Program-made: the position numbers and the translations under genes
From: the human T2T-CHM13v2.0 reference genome, Homo sapiens
Assembly (NCBI RefSeq): GCF_009914755.1
Contig: NC_060929.1
DNA: 64,000 nt
Strand: one strand, 5' to 3'
Notes under the pieces: generated by a model
Database searches by the model: none
Told to the model about the DNA's origin: nothing
What the model saw: the letters and a program-made list of their open reading frames with translations, nothing else
In this document: in pieces, positions 29,236 through 44,297 of the stretch
Layout: each line of letters begins with the position of its first letter
Position numbering within the stretch: the stretch's first letter is position 1

Positions 29236-31472
29236 TGATATGGTTTGGCTGTGTCCCCACCCAAATCTCATCTTGAATTCTCATGTGTCATGGGAGGGAC
29301 CTGGTGAGGCAGTTTCCCCCTTACTGTTCTCATAGTAGTGAATAAGTCTCACAAGATCTAATGGTTTTATAAGGGTTCTGCTTTTGCTTCTCTCATTCTC
29401 TCTTGCCACCACCCCGTAAGAAGTGCCTTTCACATTCTGCCATGATTATGAGGCCTCCCCAGCCATGTGGAACTGTAAGTCCATTAAACCTCTTTCTTTT
29501 GTAAATTACCCAGTCTCAGTATGTCTTTATCACCAGTGTGAAAACAAACTAATACAGTAAATTGGTACCAGTAGAGTGGGGCGCTGGTGAAAAGGTATCC
29601 GAAAATGTGGAAGCAACTTTGGAACTGGGTAACAGGCAGAGGTTGGAACAGTTTGGAGGGCTCAGAAGAAGACAGGAAAACATGGGAAAGTTTGGAACTC
29701 CCTAGAGACTTGTTGAATGGCTTTGACAAAAATTCTGATAATGATATGGACAATGAAATCCAGGCTGAGGTGCTCTCAGATGGAGATGAAGAACTTGTTG
29801 GGGACTAGAGCAAAGGTGACTCTTGTTATGTTTTAGCAAAGAGAGTAGTGACATTTTGCCCCTGCCCTAGAGGTTTGTGGAACTTTGAACTTAAGAGAGA
29901 TGATTTAGAGTATCTGGCAGAAGAAATTTCTAAGCAGCAAAGCATTCAAGAGGTGACTTGGGTGCTGTTAAAGGCATTCAGTTTTAAAAGGGAAACAGAG
30001 CATAAAAGTTTGGAAAATTTGCAGCCTGACAATGTGATAGAAAAGAAAATCCCATTTTCTAAGGAGAAATTCAAGCCAGCTGCAGAAATTTGCAAAAGTA
30101 ACGAGGAGCCAAATATTAATCACCAAGACAATGGGGAGAATATCTCTAGGGAAAGTCAGAGACTTTTGTGGCAGCCCTTCCCATTACAAGCCCAGAGGTT
30201 TAGGAGGAAGAAATGGCTTTGTGGGCCGGGCCCAGGGTCCCCATGCTGTGTGCAGTCTAGAGACTTGGTGCTGTGTGTCCTAGCTGCTCCAGCCATGATT
30301 AAAAGCGGTCAAGGTACAGCTCAAGCTGTTGCTTCAGAGGGTGGGAGCCCCAAGCCTTGGAAACTTCCATGTAGTGTTAAGCCTACAGGTGCACAGAAGT
30401 CAAGAATTGAGGTTTGGGAACCTCTGCCTAGATTTCAGAGGATGTATGGAAACGCCTGGATGCCCAGGCAAAGTTTGCTGCATTGGGCAGTGCCTCATGG
30501 AGAACCTCTGCTAGGGCAGTGAGGAAGGAAAATGTGGGGTAGGAGTTCCAACACAGAGTCCCTACTGGGGCACTGCCGAGTGGACCTGTAAGAAGAGGGC
30601 CATGGTCCTCCAGCCCCCAGAATGGTAGGTCTATCAAGAGCATGCACCATGTGCCTGGAAAAGCCACGGACACTCAATGCCAGCCCATGGAAGCAGCCGA
30701 GAGGGGGGCTATACCCTGCAAAGCCACAGGAGCAGAGTTGCCCAAAGTTGTGGGAGCCCACCTCTTGCATCAGCATGACCTGGATGTGAGACACGGAGTC
30801 AAAGAAGATCATTTTGGAGCTTTAAGATTTGACTGCCCCACTGGATTTCAGACTTTCATGGGGCCTGTGGCCCCTTTGTTTTGGCTAATTTCTTCCATTT
30901 GGAATGACTTTATTTACCTAATGCCTGTACCCCCATTGTATCTAGGAAGTAACTAACTAGCTTTTGATTTTACAGACTTATAGGTGAAAGGGACTTCCCT
31001 TCTCTCAGATGAGACTTTGGACTGTGGACTTTTGAGTTAATGCTGAAATGAATTAAGACTTTGAGGTATTTTTGGGAAGGCATGATTGGTTTTGAAATGT
31101 ACGGACATGCGATTTGGTCGGGGCGAGGGGTGGAATGATATGGTTTGGTTCTGTCCCCACCCAAATCTCATCTTGAATTCCCACGTGTTGCGGGAGGGAC
31201 CCGTTGGGAGATACTTGAATCATGGGGGCAGTTTTACCCATACTGTTCTTGTGGTAGTGAATAAGTCTCATGAGATCTGATGGTTTTATAAGGGGTTTCC
31301 GCTTTCACTTCTCTCTCATTCTCTCTTGCTGCCACTATGTAAAAAGTGCCTTTTGCCTTCCACCATGATTGTGAGGCCTCTCCAGATACGTCGAACCGTA
31401 AGTCCATTAAACCTATTTTTCTTCCCAGTCTCGAGTATGTCTTTATCAGCAGCATGAAAATTGACTAATACA
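29236..31472 (+). mobile_element. Full-length THE1 MaLR element (LTR 29236-29556, internal, LTR 31136-31472)
   Basis: Two tgatatggtttgg...taataca LTRs; internal starts gtaaattggtacc; TSD-like aaaca/aaact; ORF 29848-30522 is THE1-int derived. Confidence 0.95.
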
Positions 31473-31744
31473 AAACTATTTTTACTCATTAGGTAGAAAT
31501 TCAGAAATTCAGTGTGTAAAATGGTAAAGTGGATTGAAGTTGAAGATATTAGATCATTTAAGAAGTCAATAAATGAAGTAATAAACATGCGAATGAGAAG
31601 ACTGATGATGAAGAGGACCTTTAAAAGTGTATTTCTGTTACGGTTATTTTTTTTTTAAAGTGATTTGAAGCCATTTATAATGATTGCTAAGTGGCATGCT
31701 AAAGTTTTAAAAACAAATAAAGCATTAAAAAATAAGTATTTTTG

Positions 31745-32177
31745 AAAAGAAATTCTTCTGACACTTGTTACAATAGTAAGGAAGACTTTACTGAGGACTA
31801 TTGTAACGTAGGAGAGAAACTGTGCTCAGCTCGTGAATACAACAAAAACAAGCAAGTATTTGTAAGCTAAAGAGCAGATTGAGGGTGTCAGTGGATGGAA
31901 AATTATTAACAGGAGATATCAAAGGTAGGGAGATTCTTGCTAAACTGACTTAACAGGATTCTTGCTAAAGGCAGGCCAAGGACTTAGATATCAAGGGTGT
32001 GGGATGAGGAACTTGATCAGATATGAAGGTTGATCAGACATTGAGGGTCTAATGACTTAGCAGGATTCTTTGCTAAGTCTTATTTAGACAGGCTGAAGAC
32101 AGAGCCCAAGGATGAGGCCTACACAAAAAGAGGGCTCAATAGAGTCTGTTTAAAGTTTGATCAAAGAGTCTTTGTCG
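31745..32177 (-). mobile_element. MER67-like LTR
   Basis: aggattcttgctaaa repeats and aaagagtctttgtc terminus. Confidence 0.55.
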
Positions 32178-32836
32178 GTATGTATATTTAATGGTTTGCT
32201 TTTTGCACTGTTAACATTTGGTTTATGGTACCTGAAATAAATCTATTTTGATATATAGGTAATTTTGAAGATAATACCTTAACAAGTTTTGAAAATAACG
32301 TGTCTCATTGATGTGTTGAAAAGCTTATCAGCCAAATAATAAATTTATTAAATAAAGCTCATCAGTCAATACCACTGCTAACACCTTCATAGCAGTAAGG
32401 GAGAATGGATAGCAAAGGGAATCAGGGAAGTATACTTAAAGGGTTTTGGGTGCTAGAGTTAGTCACAGGGTGGTCATGTCAGGGAATGGTGAGAACTTGT
32501 GAACTACGCAGGTTGTGGCACAGTCAGTGATTGAATTTTCAAAACACGTTAAGAATGTGGGGAGTTATTGTTGGATCAGTTTGCATGTATCAGGGTACAA
32601 GATCTACAGACATATGGGTCCTAAGGAATAGATGTTAAAAGAGATTGACTTTAAGAGATCAGTGTGGTCTGTAGTCACGATTTGTTTGCATAAGTTTATC
32701 TGATTTGCTAGTGCATTTTGCCAGCTGTGGTTTCTGTTGATATCCTTAGCCCTCTCTTACAAATTAGCTGCCAGTAGGGATTCCCCTTTTCCTCTACTTC
32801 ATCAGAGGTACTACTGTTTTAAAAGATTTAATTTGC

Positions 32837-33187
<351 letters not shown>

Positions 33188-33410
33188 CTAAGTCTAAAAG
33201 AAATGGATTTTGACATTTAAAATAGATTTCCTCTTCTGTTACTTTTGTTACTTATGTTTTCTTTCTGGAAAATATTTTCAATTGTTTTTAATCACAAAGT
33301 TATTTAACATTTCCAATCTTGTTTCCAGTACTCTATCTATGAGAGGTGAACTATTGTTATTGATTATGAACAGTATACAACAATGTATCTTTGTTTATAT
33401 TGTGGTAACT

Positions 33411-33692
33411 TCTTTTTTTTTGAGACAGAGTCTCACTCTGTCACCCAGGCTGGAGTGAAGTGGCCCCATCTCAGCTCATTGAAGCCTCTGCCTCCCGGGT
33501 TCAAGCGTTTCTCCTGCCTCAGCCCCTGAGTAGCTGGGATTACAGGCACTACCATGCCCAGCTAATTTTTGTATTTTTAGTAGAGATGGGGTTTCACCAT
33601 GTTGATCAGTCTGGTCTCAAACTCCTGACCTCGTGATCCGCACACCTCGGCCTCCCAAAATGCTGGGATTACAGGTGTGAGCCACTGTGCCC
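33411..33692 (-). mobile_element. AluS
   Basis: Reverse dimer; TSD-like gtaactt. Confidence 0.95.
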
Positions 33693-36127
33693 TGTCTGTA
33701 ACTTTTTAACTGTGCACAGTATATTTGTAAAACAAGTTCTAAAGCAAAATGAAATGGAGTTCATGGGTAAAGATCTCCTTTTTGCAGAATTCAGGGATGA
33801 GTCATGAATAGAGAAAGATCTTTGGAAGGTCAAGGAAGAGAGAAATACTGAAAAGGTATTGACGCAAATGCAGGAACTGAGTGGAAATATATACATATAT
33901 ATAAAATAACATTTACAAAATCCAAAGATTATTTACTTGCAACTATAAATGTGCTAAAGAGAAATACAGAATGCAATGAGAATATACAAGAAGATCTGCC
34001 CTAAGTTAGAGGATTAAAAAGGATTCCCTCAGAAATCATTTAAGCTAAGATCCAAAGAATGATAAAGAATTTTCTAAGCCAAGGACTAGGTATAAGAAGA
34101 ACAGAGGGAACAGCTTATATGGCAGAAAAGAACATTGCACCTTCAAGGAATTGAGAAGGGGCCAATGTAGTTAGAGTCAAATGCACATGACCAATGTTAC
34201 CGTGGTCATGTAAACATTAGAGGCTTTAATCTGCAGAACAATGGAAATTCATCAGTGACTGATAACACCATCACACAGCATATGTATTTCTCTTGCATTA
34301 TTCTAGCTATAGTGAGCAACCAGTAAGAGGATTGACATGGGCAAGAAAACATATAGGGTGATATAGTTATCTTACTGAGATTTCATACATACTCTATGAA
34401 GATAACTATTTTGTATAGTCAGATCTCCCTCTAGGAATATCCAAATCTCTTCATCACATTTATTTTCCCTTCTCCAACCCTAGGAGGGAGAGAACATGTA
34501 TTGTTCTCTAAATGTTCTCCTCAGAGAAACTCTTAATATTTATGCAGTCACCTTGTATAATTGTGAGGCTTTTAGGCCTTTTGAAACTAAAGCTAGGAAA
34601 ACTCAATTTATTGTGTCAGCGAATTAACCTCTTCATAACTTTCCTCTGTGGTAATGAGCAAACAGCAAGCTTTTTCCTTTTATGGGAAAAAGAAAGGAAT
34701 AAGAAAAGGAGGAAAATATACCAATATTTATTAGCTATTGCAAAAATGTCATCCAAGTATAGATAATTCTATATATTCAACAAACTTCAAACATAAATAA
34801 TATGGTTCTGATAATGAATTCCAATTCCTTCTTATTTAAATAATAGAAGTCTTAAGACAAATGTACACAAGTGAATGGTATAAAATTGCTGTTATACATT
34901 TTTTGTCATCTAAAAAAGTCATTTATATACAGTTTGACCAAGAGTTTAGAATTTCCATGTTCTTTACCTATAATTTTTTATAAACTCACATTTTAAGAAC
35001 CAAGGCATTATCAAGTGTATTTCAATACCTCTAGCCCTATAAACATACCTGTCTCAAACCTTTAAAAAACTAGATATTATGAAAGTCATCTTCTTCTAGG
35101 TATCTGTAAAGTGTTCTCTCATTGCACTGGAAGAGTTTTCTAGCCATGTTTCTTAGGACTACAACTTTTTATCGGAAACGATCTAAAAAACATCCTCCAC
35201 TGTGCAGAGATCATTGATTTAGATGCTTCTTTTACTACAAAGTTTAAATCTAATATGCCCTCCCCACTCCCTACCATGTAGTGGCCCATTATATAAAGGC
35301 TATGTACATCACTAGTCTGCAATACAAGTAATCCAAGTCTGCATCCTGCTTGGATGGAGGAAACCCAGAGCTTTACCAGTTTCACTTTCTCCATGAATTT
35401 CTTGGATGTTTCTGAAGGATATTAACGTATTTTATAAATCCCTAATGTGAACCTATGATTTTTTAAAATGATACAATCACCACCCATACAAAAAATCAGT
35501 AGGGTCAAATATTTATTTATCACATTAATGAGGGTATCAGCAAGATCATGAGGCTGGTTCCAAAGTAATTGGGGAAAGCAAAGTATTTATAGTGGCTTAA
35601 AGACAGAAGAGTTGAGTAAGAATTCTAATTTAAATTGGCTAATGCTAATATTAATTGGTTAATATCTTATCAGGCATTAAAACTGTAACTTTCAGGAGTC
35701 ATCTCTTTTTACAGGAAATCACTTGCATCTCTTGAATAAAATTCATTTCTATTACTATCAGAAAAGAGTCATTTGTATCAGTTTTCATACGTTAGTGTCT
35801 ACCTTTACAGAGACAAAAAAAATTCTGTTCATTTCTAAATAGAAAGTCAAAGAAAAGTACTAACCCCTAGAGAATCAGATAATGCCATGTAGCCTCTGCT
35901 GGACAGTACCCAGCACAAAACTGAAAGAATATCCGATAATCTTATTTGCCTGTTTCCAAGGTTTTGATAATTTTTCTTAACATTTGCTTAATATCTGAGC
36001 TGCAAATTCCAGTAAGAAAGACACAGTACACATCTTCTGAAGCTTGCCACTAACTGACCTGAAACTAGCCGTGTCCAGGTTGTTACCCTTCTCTCCCAAC
36101 AAATTAATCCTAAGTGTACACTCCAGC

Positions 36128-36241
36128 CAAAGTAGCCTACCATTTTGATTTGTCCAGGTCTGAGCGATTTCCTGAAATATTATATTTTTCAGTTCAAAAG
36201 TGGGAAATCCCAGGCAAACCAGGAGAAGTTGGTCATCCTAA
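36128..36241. mobile_element. MER94-like non-autonomous hAT-Blackjack element
   Basis: atcccaggcaaaccagga...tggtcatccta terminus. Confidence 0.6.
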
Positions 36242-36865
36242 TACAAGCCTCTTCCTTAATTCCACAAAGAACAAGGAACCCCAAAATGTAATGTAACATA
36301 AAGCTAAATTTTACTTAAACCTTTGTGATATTATAATATAGAATTACCATATCAAAAAGAAGAGAAAAACTCAAAACCAGACATTACATACTCCCAGCAC
36401 CCTCTGGGTCAAAGCATTCCAATGGAACTCCTTGAGGATATCTCCGCCCCTAGTCTCCAAACTCTTGCCACATTAGATTTAACTTCTCCACACACAGGAG
36501 TATCCTTCAGCATAATTGTCTGGACTAGGATGCAGAACCAGGACTCCCCAAGGACTCTAGAAGGAGATAAAATGGGGAGTTTTTTTATTATTCTGAAAGA
36601 AAACAAATTTCAGAGAGGTGACTTCATTGCTAAGTAAGAAAAAAGTTTATTTATAATGTGGAATAATTCCACTTTTTATTATGATATATTTCTGTTCCAG
36701 AATGGGATATTAGCTTACCTTAGGAACAGCCCTATTAAAATGTTTATATTTCTCCCCTAAAACAAAGAATATAACTGATCTCAAAGGTAAATTCAAGTTT
36801 CTCCACTTATAGAAACAAAAAATTCCTTGCAGTTTTGAAGTTGCAGAATTTTCCCCCACTTAATA

Positions 36866-37060
36866 TGTGGTAATTTGTATTTTTCAAAGATGGCTGCAAT
36901 AATATAACCTGCCGGTCATGTCCTCTCATGATGTGACATTGATAGCTCCCCATCAAAAGGTGGCATCTGTGTGTCTTCCCCTTGAATCTGGGCTGGCTTG
37001 TGACTACAGCCAAAGTGATGCATTCTGCCTTCTGATGCTAGGTCATAAAGGAATTTGAGA
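36866..37060 (+). mobile_element. MLT1-type LTR fragment
   Basis: caaagatggctgca...ccccatcaaaaggtgg...ccttgaatctgggctggcttgtgact. Confidence 0.6.
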
Positions 37061-37838
37061 CCCACCATCCTAAGTTAAAAATATATATACATAAATTCAA
37101 AAATAATTTTTAAAAATTGTGACACGGACATGACAAGCTAAGAATTGTGTTCACATACAGAAGTAGATAGGAATAAAAGATTTCTTGGCTCTAACCATCC
37201 CTAATTATTCTTAATACTTTCACCTGAAAATTCAATTAGGTCCTCCTTCAATTTTGTTGAAAGCAAAATATTGGAAATCGCCAAACTTGCAGAAATATTT
37301 TTAATTATTACCATCATTCGTTATTTCAACACTAACAACACCATTTCATATAGTTGCTTTGTTTGGCACAGGAACATTTATGCATTTAGTGAAAACAGCA
37401 CAGTAAGATTCTGGATGAGTAAGAGGTGTGCCTTATATTGGAGTGTGGAAAAGAAAGGCTGTGAAAAGAGAGAGGAAAACAGGCATGACACTCTGGCATG
37501 ACCCCTCCTCCAGCCTCAAGTTCTCAGGCACAGTACACGCGGAGTTCAGGTTCAGAAAATGGATTTCCTTCAAACAGTCCACAACTTTAAAAATGTTCAT
37601 GTCTCAGGTTTAGGCCGCTGTATTAACTTACTTTTTTCTTAAAACAATGCCATGAAGTAGCTGCTTTTGATCTATTTTACAGATGAGAACATTTAGACAA
37701 AGATAATATTACATTACTTGCCCACGGTCACAAACTTACCAACTGGCAAAACCAGGATATACATCCAAGTTATTTCTAAAGCCCATATTCTTCGGCATTA
37801 TCCAGTGTGCCCCTCAAACACTAAATATACAAACCACA

Positions 37839-38273
37839 TGTCTTAGTCTGCTCGGGACAGTACAACAAATTACCACAGACTGGGTGGCTTAAACAACAGG
37901 AATTTATTTCTCACTGTTTTGGAGACCGGCCAAGTCCAAGATTCTGGTGCCAGCATACTCTGTTTCTGGTGAGGCCTCTCTTCCCGGCTTGCAGATGTCC
38001 ATCTTCTCACTGTGTCCTCACATGGCCTTTTGTGAACATGAAGAATAAAGAGATCAGTAGATGCACATGAAGAATAAAGAGATCTTTCTCTCTTCCTCTT
38101 CTTATAAATCCAAAAGTCCTGCTGGATTAGGATACACTTTTCCCCCTGCTTATGACCTTATTTAACCTTGATCACCTCCTAAAAGTTCTGTCCCCAAATA
38201 TCATCACACTATGGGTGAGAGCTTCAACATATTAGTTGGGGGTTGGGGATACACAAGCATTCAGTCCACAAAA
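37839..38273 (-). mobile_element. MLT1A-like LTR
   Basis: tgtcttagtctgct...ccacagactgggtggcttaaacaacag...cattcagtcca. Confidence 0.85.
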
Positions 38274-41200
38274 CTACATATCAGAATAAAAGAAAAAGTA
38301 GGAAGAAAATGATGTTAAGTGAAAATAAAGGAAATTACAACTGTCAGGAAAGAAGGCCCAGCCACAAATCAGCATCTTTCTTTCCCAGTTCTTGCTCTGA
38401 GATCTCATCTGTCCTATTGTCCCAAGAGCAGAACTAAAGAAAAAGTACAATTAGTGTCCTTTGGGAGATGCAAACCCTGAATCAATGTAATTGCAAATCA
38501 TGGAAGATGTTTTCCTTCACTCACAAGGAAAGAAGTGGATTAGCTCCCTGCCATTTTTTTTCCCTCAAATAAGAAATGGCAATTTTACTTACATTTTCCT
38601 AATTTACTAGTTTTTCTTAGCAATCTGTTCTTTCTTTAAAAAAAATTACTTCAAAAAGAGTTCATTTTAAAGTGCCAATAATCTTTAAAATTTAATATTT
38701 GAGTAGTAAATTGAACTAAGCTCTCACTTGGAGTAATATTTTTTTTCTGCACCACAGTAAAAGATAAGTTGGTTTTAGAAATGGAATCTTCAGGTTCATG
38801 CTTCCATTAATTTCTGAATCTGTGTTTTGATACATGAATTTATTAGATGGCATTGGTATAACAAGTCCAGAACCTTAGCTGAAAGTGTACTATGAATCTA
38901 GGGTATTCCACAGTAAAATAGCATCTCTAGGGAAATCATCTTACTGTAAATAATATTAACCTTACGAGCATAGGGAAACTCCATTATCCACAGTCTCAAA
39001 GACAGTAGATTTAGCCACAATCTAGTGCATCTCAATAGCAATTCAACAGACTATTGCAATTTTTTGTTGCAAAGCAGCTCTCACTAAGAGCTCAGGTAAA
39101 GACTCACTTGTCTGAAATAATGAAAAAAACAATTGGCCAATAATGATACGAGCCACAGCATGGTAAGTATTGCTTATATACTGTGCCTGATTTTGTCACA
39201 ATTTCTGCACATGCCCATGCTTGTCTATGAAGAAAGAGAAAGAGAAGGAGAGAAAGAAAGAGAACAGGACATTTTGAGCCTAAAGTGAGCGGACAGTGTG
39301 TTTAAAAGGCTGATACATTGCATGTAGTGAGAATCAGGCTCGTTATTCCATTACTTTCAGATTTGGGATGCTATTGTTTACTTGTGTGTCCAACAGGGCA
39401 ATAAATCTTTTTACCTATAAACAACGTAGAGATATGTATTGCTATTTAAATTTCTATTTTTTGTTTCTTTACGTTTGTAATTTTTCCTAGAATGTCAGAG
39501 CATTAATGTTGTCAGTTGAAATTCCTGTTCTGCTACTACTAATTTTTAACACTTCAGAACCTGTTTTCTTATCTCTACAATATGGACAGTAATGCCTTAC
39601 TATGACTTTGTACTGGGTATGAATTAAAATTAAGTGTATGAAACATCTACTACAGTGCAAAGGACTCATAAATAAGGATGATAATGGTCATAACTAGGAT
39701 CAACTATAAATCTATAGGCCAAGTCCCTCATGCAGTACACAGCACAGAGTTGGAGCTCAGTATAGGCATATGTACGCGTGTTGTTATTCAAGAGGCAGGG
39801 CACTTCCTGGTCAAGTTTTAATTTGGACACAAAAGATACACTAATGTGAACTCACGTATTGGAAATCTTCGTTCTGTTGTGAACAGAAAAAAGCGACTCT
39901 CCCACCTTGTCACTTCTGTAGTATGTGCAGTCCAGTGTCTTATTCATGTACAGATCATAGAACCAGGGCCACAGATCTCACTGTGAAGATGGGTATAATG
40001 ATATGGACTAAGGCAAGGTTTAGGAACAGTCCAGTAGATCGAAGCCAGGAAAGAAATGTAGTGGGCAGAGTTGTGACAGACTGAAGCTTACAAGAGCTTG
40101 GTCTGGAGTTCAGTAGAGGCATAAGCAATAATATTAATAGTTCAGATCTAAAGAATTGTTTCAGAAGTAAATCCCAGCATTAAAAATCCCATTCAAGATT
40201 ACTGATATTCTTTTTTGCTCTTGGGTTCTAGGTGCAAGGTTTGCTGGGTTGGGGTGAGCCACCAAATGGTAAGACCTCAGTCAGGGGGTATTGATATGAG
40301 CTCAAGTTGGAGAAGGGCTTTAGGAAAACCCATCAGGTGTCAATACACATTAGAAATCAAGTCTTCCAAAAGAGAATGGGAGTCCTTTGGATCATCACCT
40401 GTCGCTATGGTCTACGCAAACCCATGAAGTTATGGAGAAAGAAGTGTGAATGTACTAGAGTATGAATATGTGTGTGAGTATATTGTAGGCAACCAGTACT
40501 GGTATATCTTTTAAACAGGAGTGAATTAGCCTAAATGATCAGGGATTAATTGGAGACCTTAGTATATAAAGGGCCTTGAATGTTGAGAGACAAATCTCCA
40601 TGGGTCTCTCTCATTTCTGCATATCTTATATGAAATGAACACATTGAATAGACTGTAAATGTTGAAGAGTTTAAACAAGTTAAGGGTATAGAAGCATGAT
40701 TCTAAACACCTGATGTTAAGTATTTGATGAAGATAATGAAAAAAAGCATTTAATTTTAAGATAAAATAATTTTTTCTGTGACTACTTATTTGCAATTTAT
40801 CTCAAAATATACAATATGAAGAATCCAAAATGGCAGTTTAATCTAAAGAATAAAGGAAGTTCCTGGTATTGAATAACATATTCTAAATGACAGTGAAAGA
40901 TTTATCAGGTAATTGGCAGAGTTCAGATAAAAATAGGAACATTTAGCTCCAGCTAGGGAGAAGCCAACAAATTAAGATGAATAATGATTTTTTAAATGAG
41001 ATTAAATTTGGATTTAATATAGTTGTTAAACAAGAATAGGGCAAGGTTTCCTTGGATATGGAACATGCTGTCTATTCTGTTATTTAAGGTCTAAAGCTTA
41101 TTAACTTTTGGACAGAATTCTGCTTCTACAGAGGCTACATATCGCTTTTAAACGTTTCTTTTTGTTCGTTTGTTTTTGCATGAACCCATCATCTCTCATT

Positions 41201-42391
41201 TATTTGCATTCCCTGGCATCTTATTAAAATCTAACCTAATTGAAGTGTTTGCTTTGGAAGCCAGTGCTAATCAGGCAAAAGAAACTTCATACTGACAGTT
41301 TTCCAATACCTGCGTGTCATACGTCACTAAACCCAGGTGAATTTCAAACCAAAGTAGGCAGTGTTTCAGCAGCACTGTCAGAAGGTTTCACTCCTGAAAT
41401 GTCAAAGGACAAACATTAGCGATATTTTGTGAAAGGAAAAATAAGTGCATGTAGTTTACCGCAAGTTTAACAAGTTTAACTCTTGACAAAAGGAAAAAAA
41501 TAAATATTAAATGTATATATTGAATTAACAGGTCACACTGGAAAGGGGTGTGTGCATGTGTGCGTGCGTGTGTGCATGTGTGTGTGTGTTTATTAAATGC
41601 TATGGTTCTAATAGATGAAAAATTTCTCTCAGAAACACGTTATCTTGTTCTGCAAAAACATCCTCACATTTTTCTAAAGCCTCTGGCCAATCGACATCAC
41701 ACTCATGAAATGTGACAGTTGGCTTTTCTGTCTTGTTTTTAAGTAAACTGATATCAGTTTTAGTTTCTTTTTAATTTTAACTCTTGTTTTTACCCATTGG
41801 TTATGATTCTTAATAATCACTTATCTATTCATTCAGTAAGATCCTTTACATAAAAGACAATATATTACAATATATTACAGTGATTAAGAATATGGGTTTG
41901 AAAATCCATCTGCCTGGCTGTGTATCTTGACTCCATTATTTACCAGTTCTATGCAGTGTTTTAGTGCCTTGGTTTCCTCAAATGTAATTAAAGGATAACA
42001 ATACTATTTATCTTACAGAGGGCTTGCTGTATTAATTGATGCATGCATCATTCCTAGCCTAAAATGCTATAGGAGGAAAGGATAGGAATGAGAGTTAGGT
42101 CAGTGCAAAGCTAAAAGGACTATGGACTGGGTAGATTTCCTTGGAACCAAGAGTATGTGGCAGACAAGTACTGGCATTCCAGGAGATGACAATGCATGTA
42201 AAAGCATACTACCATGTAAAAAGACCACACATTTTGGGAGTTTCCAATACTTTGCTATGGCTGGAATAAAAATGAGTCTAACGAAATAGTGGAAGATAAG
42301 ACTGGAGAAGAAAGGATGAACTCACATGTTATCAGGCATGTTTTATTATACAGTATTACATTCACTACAGAGAGCTTAGAGTATAATAATT

Positions 42392-42699
42392 TCATTTTAT
42401 TTATGTATTTATTTTTTTGAGGCAGGATCTCACCCTGTTCCTCAGCTGGAGTGCAGTGGCACAATCATAGTTCACTGCAGCCTCAAACTCTCTAGGCTCA
42501 GGTAATCCTCCCACCTCACCCTCTCTGGTAGTTGGGACTACAGATGTGCCCCACCACACCCAGCTAATTATTTTTGTATTTTAGAGACAGGATTTCATCA
42601 TGTTGCCCAGGCTGCTTTCTAACTCCTGAGCTCAAGCTATCCTCCCACCTCAGCCTCCCAAAGTGCTAGGATTACAGGCATGAGGCACTGCACTCAGCC
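42392..42699 (-). mobile_element. AluJ
   Basis: Reverse dimer with J diagnostics (gctcaagctatcctcccacc); TSD tttcatttta. Confidence 0.93.
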
Positions 42700-43759
42700 A
42701 ATATTTTCATTTTAAATTGAATAACTTTTATTAATCACAAGAAGCAATTTATGGCTCATCATAAATAATTAAAAATGTATGTTTTCCTTTAAGTGAGATG
42801 ATAAATAATAGGCAACGTTTTTATGATTAATCTTCATTGTCTTGCTCTCTGAGGAAATAGAAAACAGCCCAGCAATGTCTATTACCATTTTTCTCATCAT
42901 GAAGAGTCTCAAAGAGACCTCAACAGTTTAGAACCCCAAGAAACAATAACTTACCAGTGACATAGATTTCTTTTTCTGTTCTGTGAATTGAATCCTCTTT
43001 TTCTCTTGGGAATTGCTTTTTACCTATTTGCTGTGGTTCTAATAATGTGTTGATCCCAAGTTGACCAATCAAGCACCAGATGCTTCTGGAATTAATGATT
43101 ACTCCAGGAGCAGACACATGACCCAAGCAGAGCTAAGCAGTCCTTTTCTGGAAATTAATATACACTCTGCATGAAAGAAGCTCTCCTTCAGAGATTGAGA
43201 GCCCTAATAATTATAATTCTGCCATTTTTAGGGTCAACATTGATGTCACATGTAGGCAGCCTACTTGAATCCAACAAAGAGTAAAGCAAAGACAAGAGAT
43301 GGAGAGGGATTTTCTTTTTTTTAAAAAAAGATGTCTTGAATAAGTAAGCTCCCAAACTGGCACTAACATTTAGAATGCTCAGTTATAACTACCAATAAAT
43401 TTTATTTTTTGTTAAACTAACTTAATTAGATTTCTGACTTTAGCAACTAAAGATAGATCACAGATAATAGGGGATATGAAAACTTATATCAAGAAAACTG
43501 AGTAGACAGAATAAACACAGACATCTTTGCACATTTTGTCTATGGTAGTCCATTTCATATATCTTGTTAAATTCTTCAAGAGGTAGTTTTACTATATGTG
43601 TTTACTTTAAAAGGTCTTGGGAGAATTGAAAAAACAAAAACCCAGGCTCTAATAAAACTCATCTGTGTTTTCTAAAATCACTAGAATCTAATTTTTTTTA
43701 GGAACCACATGAACCACAGGAAATAGGTAAGGTGATTTAAGGGTATAGATATTGAGACC

Positions 43760-44297
<538 letters not shown>

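Noticed and set aside
38037-38083. Direct repeat catgaagaataaagagatc
   Set aside because: Local duplication within the variable region of an MLT1 LTR
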